A stretch of DNA of 64,000 nt from the human T2T-CHM13v2.0 reference genome, Homo sapiens, in the NCBI RefSeq assembly GCF_009914755.1, contig NC_060941.1; one strand, given 5' to 3'. The notes beneath the pieces are model-generated. The model did not search any database and was not told where the DNA came from. It was given only the letters and a program-made list of their open reading frames with translations. A program made the translations under genes and the position numbers. This document shows, piece by piece, positions 1 through 32,113 of this stretch (positions within the stretch are counted from its first letter, which is position 1; the number at the start of each line of letters is the position of its first letter).

Positions 1-1012
1 TCTTTCTGTTTCTACAGTTTAAAAATTGAGATATAATTCACATATTATGCAAAAACAAAATTTACCCATTGAAAGTGTACAATTTGGTGGTTTTCAGTAT
101 ATTCACAAGGTGGTGCAACTGTCACCACTATCTAATTTCAGAATATTTTCATCACCTCAAAAAGAAACCCCATAGCCACTTGCAGCCACTTCCCATTTCC
201 TTCTAATCCTCCCAGCCCTAGGCAATCACTACTTTTTGTTTTTATGGATTTGCCTATTTTGGACATTTCATATAAATGGAATACAATATGTGGTCTTTTG
301 GGACTGGCTTTTTCTCTTAGCATAATGTTTTTAAGGAACATCTGTGTTGTAGCATGTATCAATACTTTATTTCCTTTTATTGCTGAGTAATAGTCCATTA
401 CACAGATATACATTTTATTTATATATTCTTTAGTTGATGGAGATTTAAGTTGTTTCCATTTTTTGCTATTATGCATAATGTTGCTATGAACATTTATGTA
501 CAAATTTCTGTGTGGACATATGTTTTTATCTCTTCTGAGTATTGACCTAGGAATAGAATTGCTGAGTCGTATAGGAATTCTATGTTTAACTTTTTTGAGA
601 ACTGCCAAACTGTGTTCCACAGCAGCTGCACCGTTTACATTCCCACCAACAATGTAGGAGGTTTCCAATCACTCTGCATCCTCAACAACACTTGTCTTTT
701 TAGTTACAGCCATCCCAGTGGGTGTGAAGTGGTCTCATTGTGGTTTTGCATTTCCCTAATAAATAGTAATGTTAGCATCTTCCTATGTGCTTATTGGCTA
801 CTTTTACATTTCCTCTGGAGAACTGTCCATTTGGAACATTTAACCCATTTAAAATTGGGTTATTTGCTTTTTTTATTATTACATTGTAAGAATTCTTTAT
901 ACATTCAGAATATGAATTTCTTAATAGATATATATTAGCAAATATTTGATTGTATTCTGTGGGTTGCCTTTTAAAATTTCTTGATGATATTGTATGCAGC
1001 ACAAAAGTTTGG

Positions 1013-1312
1013 GGTTTTTTTCGTTTTTTGTTTTTGAGATGGAGTCTCGCTCTGTCACCCAGGCTGGAGTGTAGTGGTGTGATCTTGGCTCACTGCAGCC
1101 TCTGCTTCCCAAGCTCAAGTGATTCTTCTGCCTCAACCCCCCAAGTAGCTGGAATTATAGGCATGTGCCACCACGCCTGGCTAAGTTTTGTATTTTTAGT
1201 AGAGACAAGGTTTCATCATGTTGGACAGGCTGGTCTCAAACTCCTCAAGTGATCTGCCTGCCTTGGCCTCCCAAAGTGCTGGGATTACAGGTGTAAGCCA
1301 CTGCGCCCAGCC
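1013..1312 (-). mobile_element. Alu (S/J-type)
   Basis: Full dimeric Alu, T-rich tail on the left. Confidence 0.95.
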
Positions 1313-1334
1313 ATTTGTAGCACAAAAGTGGGCT

Positions 1335-1962
1335 GTTTTTTTTTTGTTGTGTGTGTTTTTTGTTTGTTTTTTTTGTTTTTTTTTTTGAGACAGAGTCTCA
1401 CTCTGCCACCCAGGCTGGAGTGCAGTGGCATGATCTCAGCTCACTGCAGCCTCTACCTCCCAGGTTCAAGCAATTCTTTTTTTTTTTTTGGGACGGACTC
1501 TTGCTCTGTCACCCAGGCTGGAGTGCAGTGGCACGATTTCAGCTCACTGCAGCCACCACCTCCCGGGTTCAAGCAATTCTCTGCCTCAGCCTCCTGAGTA
1601 GCTGGGATTACAGGCGCCAACCATCACACCTGGCTAATTTTTGTATTTTTAGTAGAGACGGGGTTTCACCGTCTTGTCCAGGCTGGTCTTGAACTCCTGA
1701 CCTTGTAATCTACCCACCTCAGCCTCCCAAAGTGCTAGGATTACAGACATGAGCCACTGTGCCTGGCTGGTTCAAGCAATTCTCCTGCCTCAGCTTCCCG
1801 AGTAGCTGAGATTATAGGCGCCCACCATCACACCCAGTTAATTTTTGTATTTTTAGTAGAGATGGGGTTTCACCATGTTGACCAGGCTGGTCTCGAACTC
1901 TTGACCTCAGGTGATCCACCCGCCTCGTGCTGGAATTACAGGCGTGAGCCATTGTGCCCAGC
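1335..1962 (-). mobile_element. AluS with a second AluS nested inside (1478-1768)
   Basis: Nested copy flanked by TSD ggttcaagcaattct at 1463-1477 and 1769-1783. Confidence 0.93.
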
Positions 1963-2640
1963 CAGCACAAAAGTTTTTCATTGTGATGTAGACCAACTTA
2001 TTTTTCTCATGTTGCTTATGCTTTTGGTGTTGTATTTACAAAGTTGTTGCCTAATCCAAAGCTATGAAAATTAACTCCATAACTTTATTCTAAGAGTTTT
2101 ATAATTTAATCTTTTATATTTAGGTGTACAAGCCATTTTGAATTATGTTTTCCATACGGTATGAGGTAGGAGTCCAACCAAAATTTAGAAACTCAGTTGT
2201 CATGGCACCACTTGTTGAAAATACTATTATTTTCCAATTAATTATTGTGCGCCTTTGTCCAAAGCTTAGAGTTCTTTAAATAAATTAAATTAGGTCAAGT
2301 TGGCTGATAGTATTAGTCAAGTCTTCTAAAATCTTGCTTGTTTTTTTGTCCAGTTGTTCTATAAATTAATGAAAATGAGGTATTGAAATTTTCAAATATA
2401 ATTGTGAACTTGTCCATTTCTGCTTGAAGTTCTTTCAGTTTCTACTTTATGTATTTTGAAAACCTTATTACTAGGAGTAGAAACATTTAGGATTATTACA
2501 TCTTCTTGATGAATTGATCCCTTTATTGTTATGAAAATACCATATTTATCAATGGTAATATCCTTGGCACTTATATCTACTTCATTTAGAATTAATATAA
2601 CATTTCAGGTTTGTTTGGTTATTATTAGCAAGTATTATAT

Positions 2641-3455
2641 TGTGATTTATAATGAGAAAATATGTATTTTCATATTTGTCCCTAGTTCCTGACACAGAGT
2701 TCCTAGAACTCTTGTAATTGCCCAGATGACAGGAGCATCTTTTGTTCTAATGAGGCAACTCTTGGTGGGCTGCTGGATGGGGGCGGATGCCTGAAAGACC
2801 AAGCCATGATTAGAAGCTTGAAACTTTCAGCCCCCATTTCCTAGGATAGGAGAAAGGCTGGAGATTGAGTTAATAATCAGTCATGTCTACATGATGAAGC
2901 CACCATAAAAATCCCTGAACTACAGGTTCAAGGGGCTTCCCAGTTGTGAACACATCCATGTGCCAGGAGGGGTGGTGCACCCCAACTCCATGGGGACAGA
3001 AGCTCCTGCACTAGGAACCCTTCTAGAATTTCCCCTATATATCTCTTCATCTGGCTGTTCATCTGTATCCTTTATCATATCTCTTATTAATAAAATAAAC
3101 TGGTAAGTGTGTTTTTCTGAGGTCTGTGAGCCATTTTAGCAAATTAATCAAATCTGAGGAGAGGGTTTTGGGAACTGCAGCTTATAGTCAGTCAGAAGTA
3201 TAGATGACAACCTACTACTTGCAATTGCTGTTTGCAGTGAGGAGCAGTCTTGTGGAACTGAACCATTAGCCGGTTGGCCTGACTCTAACTGCAGGTAGAT
3301 GGTGTCAGAAGTAAATTGAATTGTGGGACACCCAGTTAATGTCTGCCGGAGAATTGTTTGCTGTGGGGAGAAATCCCCACATATTTTGATCACAGAAATT
3401 TTCTGTATTGTGATGAGGGTAAGAGTGAAAAAAAATTTGGTTTTTCCTATCTCAA
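2641..3455 (+). mobile_element. MER21-type ERV solo LTR
   Basis: Starts tgtgatttataat; characteristic gaccaagccatgattagaagcttgaaactttcagcccc segment and internal AATAAA. Confidence 0.7.
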
Positions 3456-3494
3456 GCAAAACATGGTATATTTTTCTACCTCCTACTTATTTTT

Positions 3495-8985
<5,491 letters not shown>

Positions 8986-8989
8986 AAAC

Positions 8990-9540
8990 GTTCATTATTC
9001 TAATTTCATTCTTCCACATGTCAGTATACAACTTTTCTAGCATCAGTTATTGAAGGGACTGTCTTTTCCTCATTTTGTATTACTGGCATCTTTACCAAAA
9101 GTCTGTTAACCATAAATGCATTGATTTTTTTTTTTTTTTTGCTCTCTATTCTGTTCCATTAGTAGATGTGTTTTTAATGCCATTTCATAATGTTTGAATT
9201 ATTACAGCTTTGTAATATAGTTTGAAATCAGGGGGTGTGATGTCTTCAGTTTGTTCTCCTTTCTCAAAATTGCTTTGGCCATTATGGGTCTTCTGTGGTT
9301 GCAAAGTTTAGTATTGTTTTTTTCTGGTCCTGTGAAAAAAGTCATTGAATTTTTAATAGGGATTGCATTGAATCTGTAGATTCTTTGGCTAGTATGAACG
9401 TTTTAACAATATTAATTCTTCCAATCCATGAACATAAGATTTCTTTTCATTTATTTGTGACTTCTTCAATTTCTTTCATCAATGTTTAATAGTTTTCAGT
9501 GTACAGATATTTCATTTCCTTGATTACATTTATTACTTAT
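8990..9540 (-). mobile_element. L1M ORF2 fragment
   Basis: Matches the antisense L1 ORF2 3' region (ggattgcattgaatctgtagat...). Confidence 0.7.
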
Positions 9541-9719
9541 TTAATTAACCATTTACATAATTTAAAAATTTGTCTGCTCCTTTCACTGGACTATGATCTC
9601 TAGTGTCTGGCTTTGTTCTCCCTTGTATTTCCAGGACCCAGTACAGTCCTTGCTATAGAGTGTATACTTAATAACTATTTGTTGAATTAATTAATTTAAA
9701 AATTAGCAAGTTTCACAAG

Positions 9720-13805
<4,086 letters not shown>

Positions 13806-13822
13806 AAAAGCTCTAAACCCTC

Positions 13823-14250
13823 AGATATGGTTTGGATCTGTGTTCCTATCCAAATCTCACGTTCATTTGTGATCCGCAATGTTGGAGGTGGGGCCTCATG
13901 AGAGATGATTGAATCATAGGGGTGGATTTCTCATGAGTGGTTTAGTACTGTCCCCTTGGTACTGTCCTTAAGTTAGTAAGTGAGTTCTCACGAGATGTTG
14001 TTGTTTAAAAGTGTGTGGCATCTCCCCCCTCTCTCTCTTGCTCTTGCTCCGGCCATGTGATGTGCGCCAGCTCCCACTTCGCCTTTTACCATGATTGTCA
14101 GTTTCCTGAGGCCTTTCTAGAAGCCAAGCAGATGCCAGCATCGTGCTTCCTGTACAGCCTGCAGAACTGTGAGCCAATTAGACCTCTTTTCTTTATAAAT
14201 TACCCAGCCTCAGGTATTTCTTTATAGCAATGCAAGAACAAATTAATACA
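13823..14250 (+). mobile_element. MST (ERVL-MaLR) solo LTR
   Basis: gatatggtttggatctgtg...aattaataca; 5-bp TSD ccctc at 13818-13822 and 14251-14255. Confidence 0.92.
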
Positions 14251-15086
14251 CCCTCCTTTAAAGGAGATAAATGATGATGCGCTCATACACAACTACTTAG
14301 AAAATGCTCAGCCCACCTTAAAGGAGGAACTTAAAAGTCATTAAAGTATTTTAAAGTTTAAAAAGTCAGCAAGTTTCATATAACTTTATAATTTTCTTAT
14401 TATTATATATATTGAGTTTTATTTAGTTTATAACTATTTAGTTTAGTTTATAAACATTGAGTTTTATTTAGTAAATCAAATTATTGTTAACGCTGTTCAT
14501 TTATCTGATATACTCTATAATTAACATTCTTGGGACAAATCTATCTGCAACTTAAAAAATTCTAAAAGCTTATTTAATGCCCCTGATACTTGAAAAACTG
14601 ATCACAGAGAAATCAAACAACTAAATTATATCATTTATAAAAGCTGTACAATATTGAAAATAATCTTTTCTCTTTTTTTGATTGATGTTTTGAATTCACT
14701 CCTCTAAAGTCAAATAACATGCCAATAACAAAGACGTGATTTATGTTTGGTAACTCCTGAAAGAAAGGTCAGTGGCAGCACAATCAGCATAAAATACAAT
14801 CCTACTTTAATGACTCTGTTAGAATATGCAGCATCCATCTTTAATTCCTATTTTTACCAGCTGTTCTTGCTATCTTCTGATTTCCTGCTTAAGACTATAC
14901 AACCTTAAAGTTTCAATTCAGGAAGGCAGAGACACATTAATTTACAAAATGACAGTATGCAAAAAAAAAAACTTTTAGGGCGCTCTTACAATATGCATGC
15001 AACCTTCAAATCTCACATGACAAATTTTCAAAACTAAATGCGTTTTTTCCTTAAAAACTGCATCATACCATAACTAAAGTAGGTAT

Positions 15087-15252
<166 letters not shown>

Positions 15253-15819
15253 TTAAAAACGTATTACTACATGGCAAAATTTATCATCTTTATTTTCATA
15301 CAGTTTACAGAAAATTTATTTATAAATAAATTTATGATGGCTGAAGCCCACCAGTAGCACAAAATACAACTATGTACACATTAGCTAATAAAAAATGTAT
15401 GCACACTCCTGTAAATTTCTTAAGTTAGAATATAACAACCAAAGAAAAATTGCACATACATTTGTTTATAAAATTTATTTAATACTCATCTACTTACCTA
15501 CAAATCTCAAACAAATTGGTAACGTATCATCAGAATTGACTTAATATTAAAAAGCCTTGCTAGAATTTAGAATGTTGACTAAAATATACCATTGATGTTT
15601 AGAATGTACAATGTATATCATTAATAATTGTAAGCATTTGCTATATCGATTTCTAATCCTTTAAGTTTCTATTGATGTTACCTATATAGTGAGCGACATC
15701 CTTCTCTAAATCTGGAAAAGCTTTGAGCTTCTTAAAAGGCAAAAAAATATATAGACCATTTCAAAGACTGTACATGTAGTAACTGAAATTCATCAGTAAG
15801 GCATAATGAAAAACAAACA

Positions 15820-16000
15820 AACAAGCAGGTCCACAGGCTTTGTAAGCAATTAGACTTGGATTTAAATTCTAGCTCTCCTACTCAATAACTATTTGACAGT
15901 GGGCAAATTACTTGGCATTTCTGTGTCTCAGTTTCTTTATATGTAATAATTTTGGTAATGATTATTCACAATTGTTGTCAGGAATAAATTAAATAATATA
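15820..16000. mobile_element. MIR fragment
   Basis: gggcaaattacttggcatttctgtgtctcagtttctttat MIR core. Confidence 0.7.
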
Positions 16001-16116
16001 CAGAATAAGCACATATCCTTTCCAACTGAAATTCAGTGTTACTTACACCATGCTTTCTCCCACATGATTGCTCTTAAATGTGCATCAAACTTTACAGTTC
16101 ACATAACACTTTGATA

Positions 16117-16149
<33 letters not shown>

Positions 16150-16533
16150 TTATTTATTTATTTATTACTTTGAGCCACAGGAAGAGCAGAGAGAACAACT
16201 CCAATTACAGATAATAAAATTAAGGTTTAGAGAGTATCAGCAGTTTGCCTAAATTCATCGTGTTGTAGCAAAATCATTGTCTTTACTGTTATCAAGAAAA
16301 TTTATTTTCTATTAGGGAGGTAACAGAAAAATATTTTGCTTAGAAAAACACTTTGATGTGACCCTGGGGTATAAAAAATGAGATTCTGAGAACATGGACA
16401 GCTGGAGATAGGAAGTAAGAGCTAGGTAATCTCCACATTCGAAACAAGCGGGATTTCAGGCATTAGCATAGGGTCGAATTAAAAATAGAACAGAGTGAGG
16501 AAGGAAAAGGATGGTTAGCAATCTTTGGGGTCA

Positions 16534-16950
<417 letters not shown>

Positions 16951-17831
16951 TTATGTATTTACAGACATAAATTCAAGTAAGTTTCTTTTTATTCATTCTT
17001 TTTCTTCTCCTTTTTCCTTCCTTTTCCTTTTTCCTCTCTCTTTCTCCTTCTCTTTTTTAAAAAAGGAATATTTATTCAATTCCATATCTGGGTTAGCACA
17101 GTGTGAGACAGGGACAGCATATGGAGAAAGAAGAAATAATTTGTACCTGAATAAAATCAACAGAAGCATAAGCTTGAACTTCATGGTAAAGAAGAAAACA
17201 TACCAATCCCGCCCTCCAGATTCACAGAAATCTTGGGTAAAGGAATTAGTCTTTCACATGCTGTTCTTATTTAGATTTTAAGGGAATTACAGAGGTAAAG
17301 CTAAGACTAGTACTCAGGTTTTAAAATTCCTAATCCAGTATTCTTTCTAATGCCCAAACGGAGTATTAACTCAGCGTTACAAGGACATACAGGCCAGGAG
17401 TTAAGATCCACTGAGTTCTAAGAAGATTTCGATGATGTTGTAAAAAATAATCACTACACCAATGATGAAAATAACATGATGGGCTGATATCCTGTCTGCA
17501 CCAAAAAAAGGTGAGATCCTGTCCCCACCAAAAAAAGAAAAAAAAAAATCAGACTCTCTTAACACCTACCAGTTGTCTGCTAAATGTTATATAAGGAGTC
17601 TTTGCCTTTTGACAAAATTACACTATTGTTAGGACCGATTCAAATTATATGAATACACTGTATACATAGTACATAGACATTCCCACCTACACCTGATACA
17701 TATTTATAATTAGAAAAATTATTTTAAAAAGCAGAAAAAAGTAGTAGGACCAGGAATGAGAGGAATGACTAGAAGTGTGACTTAGAGATGTTGAAGAAAA
17801 AGAGATTGTTCACTTTGACATTTATTAAGCA

Positions 17832-17948
17832 TCTTTCTTTCCCTTTCTTTTCCTTCCTTCCTTCCTTTCTTTTCTTTCTTTTCCTTCTTTCTCTTTCCTT
17901 CTTTCTTTCCATCCCTCCCTCTCTCCCTTCCTTCCTTCCTTCTTTCCA
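17832..17948. repeat. Polypyrimidine (CT-rich) low-complexity tract
   Basis: ~115 nt of almost pure C/T. Confidence 0.9.
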
Positions 17949-18504
17949 GGTTAGAGTTGCTATTTGTGAAGAACATATCTCAAGGGGAATAGAAGACCTA
18001 CACCAGTCAGATATCAAAAGCTATTTATGATTGAGTGGTTCAATGTATACAATAGACAGGAAGCATTATCAGAAAAGTGACAGATTCATGTGGCCACAAG
18101 GTTAAGGGAAGGTTTCACAATGGAGATGAGTCCTAAATAGGAAAGGCAAGATAGTCAAAGTGATGGAAAGAAGTGTTTTAGGGTCAAGGAACAACTTCTG
18201 CAAAAAATCTAGCATCGAAACAAAACTGGCCAACTGATCATCTTTATTAAAGCAGTGTTTTATTTAAGCTATATTGACTAATATTTGCTATCTTTTATAA
18301 CTCAATGGTATTTCATTGCATTTACATTGTGCCATTTGTCAACTCATAAGAATTATTTTGGCACTACAGTCACTAAGTCCACTTAGACTATCACTCACCT
18401 ACACCATAAGCCAGTCTGTTTTATAGTGCTGTATAAAAGTTTGGTTCAGATACTATAAAAATATTTCCATTAAAGGGCAAATATTTTCACTCTTAAATAG
18501 ATAC

Positions 18505-21840
<3,336 letters not shown>

Positions 21841-21948
21841 TATTCCATGCCAAACTGTAATGTCTTCTGAATGTGGTTATATTAACCAGCAAGTAAATAA
21901 AATCTGAGCTTTTATTCCATTTTTAGAAATCTGACATAAACTGAAATA

Positions 21949-22309
21949 CAGATGGTCCCTGACTTAACGGTAGTTTGACTTACAAATTTTCAACTTTATG
22001 AGGGTGTGAAAGTGATATGCATTCAGTAGAAACTGTACTTTGAGTGCCCATATACCATTGTGTTTTTCACTTTCAGTACTGTATCTAATAAATTACATTA
22101 GATAGTCAACACTTTATTCTAAAATAGGCTTTGTGTTAGATGATTTTGCCCAACTGTAGGCTAATGTAAGTGTTCTGAGCTTAAGGTAAGCTAGGCTAAG
22201 CTATGGTGTTTTGTAGGTTAGGTGTATTAAATGAATTTTCTATTTATGATATTTTCAACTTATGATGGTTTATCAGAATGTAACTCCATCATAAGTTGAG
22301 AAGCATCTG
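21949..22309 (-). mobile_element. MER47A-like Tigger DNA transposon
   Basis: cagatg...catctg terminal inverted repeats, TA TSDs, ~360 bp. Confidence 0.85.
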
Positions 22310-22399
22310 TACATCTAAATGTTTAAGTTTCTGAGCTTATGGTGAAACTAAGAAATAAAAAACAGCAAAAAACATTACTATTATGCAAGCTAGTGAAGA

Positions 22400-28410
<6,011 letters not shown>

Positions 28411-28414
28411 AAAA

Positions 28415-31400
28415 ACCATTGCCTAATCCCAAGTCAAGAAGATTTACCTCTGTTTTCTTCTAAGAGTTTTAACTCCTAAATTCAATCTCGAATCCATTTT
28501 GAGTTCACTTTTATATAAGGCAGGAGTCTAACTTCCTCATTTTGCATGTGAATATCTTGTTGTCCCAGTACCATTTGTTGAACTATTTCCCCCAATGAAT
28601 TGTCATTCATTCTTGTCAAAAATTAAATGACCATAAATGTATGGGTTTATTTCTTGACTCTTGACTCTATTCCATTGTCTGTATATCTAACCTTATGGCA
28701 GTACAATACTGTCTTGATTACTGTAGTTGTGTAGTAAGTTTAGAAATGGAAAGTGCGATAGTTGTGTTGAATCTGTAAATCAATTTGAGGAGTGCTGCCA
28801 TCTTAATAATATTAAATCTAGGCTGGGCATGGTGGCTCACGCCTGTAATCCCAGCACTTTGGGAGGCCGAGGCAGGTGGATCACCTGAGGTCGGGAGTTC
28901 ATGACCAGCCTGACCAACATGGAGAAACCCCATCTCTACTAAAAATACAAAATTTGCTGGGCGTGGTGGCACATGCCTGTAATCACAGCTATTTGGGAAG
29001 CTGAGACAGGAGAATCACTTGAACCAGGAGGCAGAGGTTGCGGTGAGCCGAGATTGCGTCATTGCACTCCAGCCTGGGCAACAAGAGCAAAACTCTGTCT
29101 CAAAAAAATAATAATAATAATAATAATAATATTAAATCTTTTGATCCATAAACATGAGATGTTTTTGTTAAATTCATTTCTAGGTATTTTATACTTTTTG
29201 ATGCTATTGCAAATTAAACTGTTTTCTCAATTTCATTTTTGAATTGTTCATTCATACTCTACAGAAATACAACTGAATTTTGTATATTGATCTTGTATAT
29301 TCCATATTGATGAATTTATTTATTGGTTTTAATTTTTTTAGTGGATTCTTTAGGATTTTCTACATAGAAGATCATGTCACCTGCAAGTTTTCCTTCTTTT
29401 ATTTATTTATTTACTTATTTATTTGTTTATTTATTATTATTTTTAGAGATGCTCTCTTGCCCAGGCTGGAGTGGAGTGGCATGATCATCACTCACTGCAG
29501 GCTTGAACTCCTGGACTCAAGTAATCTTCTGTCTCAGCCTCCCAACTAGCTGGGACTATGGGCCACACCAGCATGCTTGGCTACTTAAAAAAAAATTTAT
29601 TTGGTTTTGCCCACTTCTAAAAAAAATTTTTTTAGAGATGGGGATCTCACTATGTTGCCCAGGCTGGTCTCTAACTCCTGGCCTCAAGCAATCCTCTCTC
29701 CTCAGCCTCCCAAAGTGCTAAGATTACAGGTACTAACCACCACCAAGCTTGGCTCGCTTCTTCTTTTCTAATCTCAATGATTTATTAATTTGTCTTGCTT
29801 AATTGCCTGGGTTAGAATCCCCAGTAATGTTGAATAAAAGTTTCAAGAGCAGACATCCTTATCTTGCTCCTAAGGGGGAAAGCATTCAGTTTTCTCCATT
29901 AAGTATGATGTAAACTGTGTGGTTTTCATAGATGCATTTTATCAGCTTGAGGAAGTTTCCTTTTAGTTCTAGTTTATTGTTTTTTCATACAAATATACTA
30001 GATTTTGTCAAATGTTTATTCTGCATCTATGGAAATAATCATGTAGTTTTAATCTTTATTCTATTGATGTGGTGTATTACATTAATTGATTACTGAATTA
30101 AATGATTTCAGGTTTGCATTCCTGGAATAAATCTCACTTGGTCATAGGATATAATCCTTTTTATGTTGCTGGATTCAATTTCCTAGTATTTGTTGAAGAT
30201 TTTTGTGTCTAAATTTATAAAGGATATTGGTCTATAGTTTTCCTGTGTTATCTTTGCCTGATTTGGGGATCAGAGTAATACTGTCCTCTTAGAATGAGTC
30301 AGGAAATGTTTCCTTCTTTTATGTGTTTTGGCAGAGTTTGAGAAGGATAGATATTAACTCTTCTTTAACTATATGTAGAATTCACCAGTGAAACCATCTG
30401 GTCCTGGGCTTTTCTTTGAGGGAAGGTTCTAAATTCTTAATTCAGTCTCTTCACTTGTTATAGGCCTATTCTGATTATCTGTTTCTTCTTGAGTCTGTTT
30501 CAGTAGTTTGTGTCTTTCAAGGACTTTGTCCACCTCATCTAAGTTATCTATTTTTTTGTCATATAGTTGTTCACAGTAATAATCATTTTTATGTCTTTAA
30601 GGATGGTAATAATTTGACTCTGTTTGTTTTAATCAAGATAGCTAAATGTCAACTTTTGTTGAAGTTTTGAAAGAACTCTTTTGGTTACCAATTGCATAGC
30701 TTACCTTTTCCATCCTGTTACTTTCAATCTATTTGTGTTTTTGAATCTAAACCGTGTTTCTTGTAGAAGGCATATGTGATTGTTTTGTAAAAATCTATTC
30801 TGCTAATATCTGTTTCTTGATTGGCATATTTAGTCCATTTACATTTTATGTGGTTACTGATAAAGTAGGATTTATGTGTCTCATTTTGCTATTTATATTC
30901 TATGACTTAAGTATCTTTTGTTCTTCTATTTATCAATTATGATCTTTCTTCATCCTAGGTATTTTCTCGTGTACCATGCAAATTCCTTTGTTGTTTCTTT
31001 TACCATACTTTTAAATTTTTTAGTGATTGCTCTGGAGATTACAATTAGCATCTGTTTTTGTTTCCCCCAATGTAATATCTTGCAAAACTGTAGTATGATA
31101 TCACAACCAGGCTGTTAACAGCGATACAGTCAAAAAGCTGAACATTTCCATCACCCCATAGATCTCTCATGTTGCCCTTTTATAGCCACACCCTCTTACC
31201 TTCTACCTGTACGCCCTCCTTAATCCCTGGAAATCACTATGTTCTATTAAATAAAAAATCTGGGCCAGCTCATAGACATTTTCTTTGGCTGCTTTTTACC
31301 CTGTGTATTTTGCACACTTTGCTGTTTATTTGCATATCTAGTAATTTTTTTGGTTGAAAACTGGGTATTTTAGAGAATACATTGTAACAACTCCAGTATT

Positions 31401-31474
31401 TGGTTCATCTCTCCTCAAGGATTTCTTGAACTAATTGTATAGATTCTCTATTCCCTGCCACTGAGTTCTCCTGA

Positions 31475-31527
<53 letters not shown>

Positions 31528-31900
31528 ATTGTTTTTGTTTTTAAGCATGGGTTTCTAGCAGTCCCCTCTGGGTCACTATAATTTAGTGATCAGCTAAAGA
31601 CCATCAGATTTCCTAAAATGCTTTTCTATTATTTTTCAAGGATATCCTTTGAAGGCCCACCTTCAAACTTTAAGCAGTTCATAAGACAGCCTTACCTTTT
31701 ACTTTTTACTTCTGTAGGACCTCACAGTCAGCTGGAGTGATTGGCTGGGGCCTTCTCCCTTCCCTATCTTCTGTGAGCATGTATAGCAACTTATTCATGC
31801 ATGTAGCCTTTTAGATTCCCCAGGAATATATGAGAGCTTTTCAAAGTTCCCTATGCTTTTCTACTTCTCCACAGTTTCCTGTTAAGTTCCTAGCCAGACT
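28415..31900 (-). mobile_element. Old L1M fragments with Alus at 28821-29130 (+) and 29395-29753 (-)
   Basis: Antisense L1 ORF2-like sequence. Confidence 0.7.
31476..31523 (+). repeat. (TG)n microsatellite
   Basis: ~23 perfect TG units. Confidence 0.97.
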
Positions 31901-32113
31901 CTTGTTTGTCCCATCTGCAAGCACAGCCTTAGGCGGCTGTGATGTTGCCAGAAGACCAGTAGTGCTTCCATAGGGTCCTGGAGGCCCACTGCCCCTGCTC
32001 CGTCCCACCCCTCAACTCTCAGTTAAATCAAATAGCTACAACACCCTGGGAATAGAGATTTTCCAGGTAGCTGCAGGTTGGAACAAAGTATCGACTGTGC
32101 TGTGGGATGTTGA

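Larger units (their letters stand above)
1..2200 (-). mobile_element. Old L1M (L1MB-like) 3' end/ORF2 tail, interrupted by Alus
   Basis: Typical L1MB 3'UTR and ORF2 C-terminal remnants (minus ORF 138-668 resembles the ORF2 tail). Confidence 0.75.
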
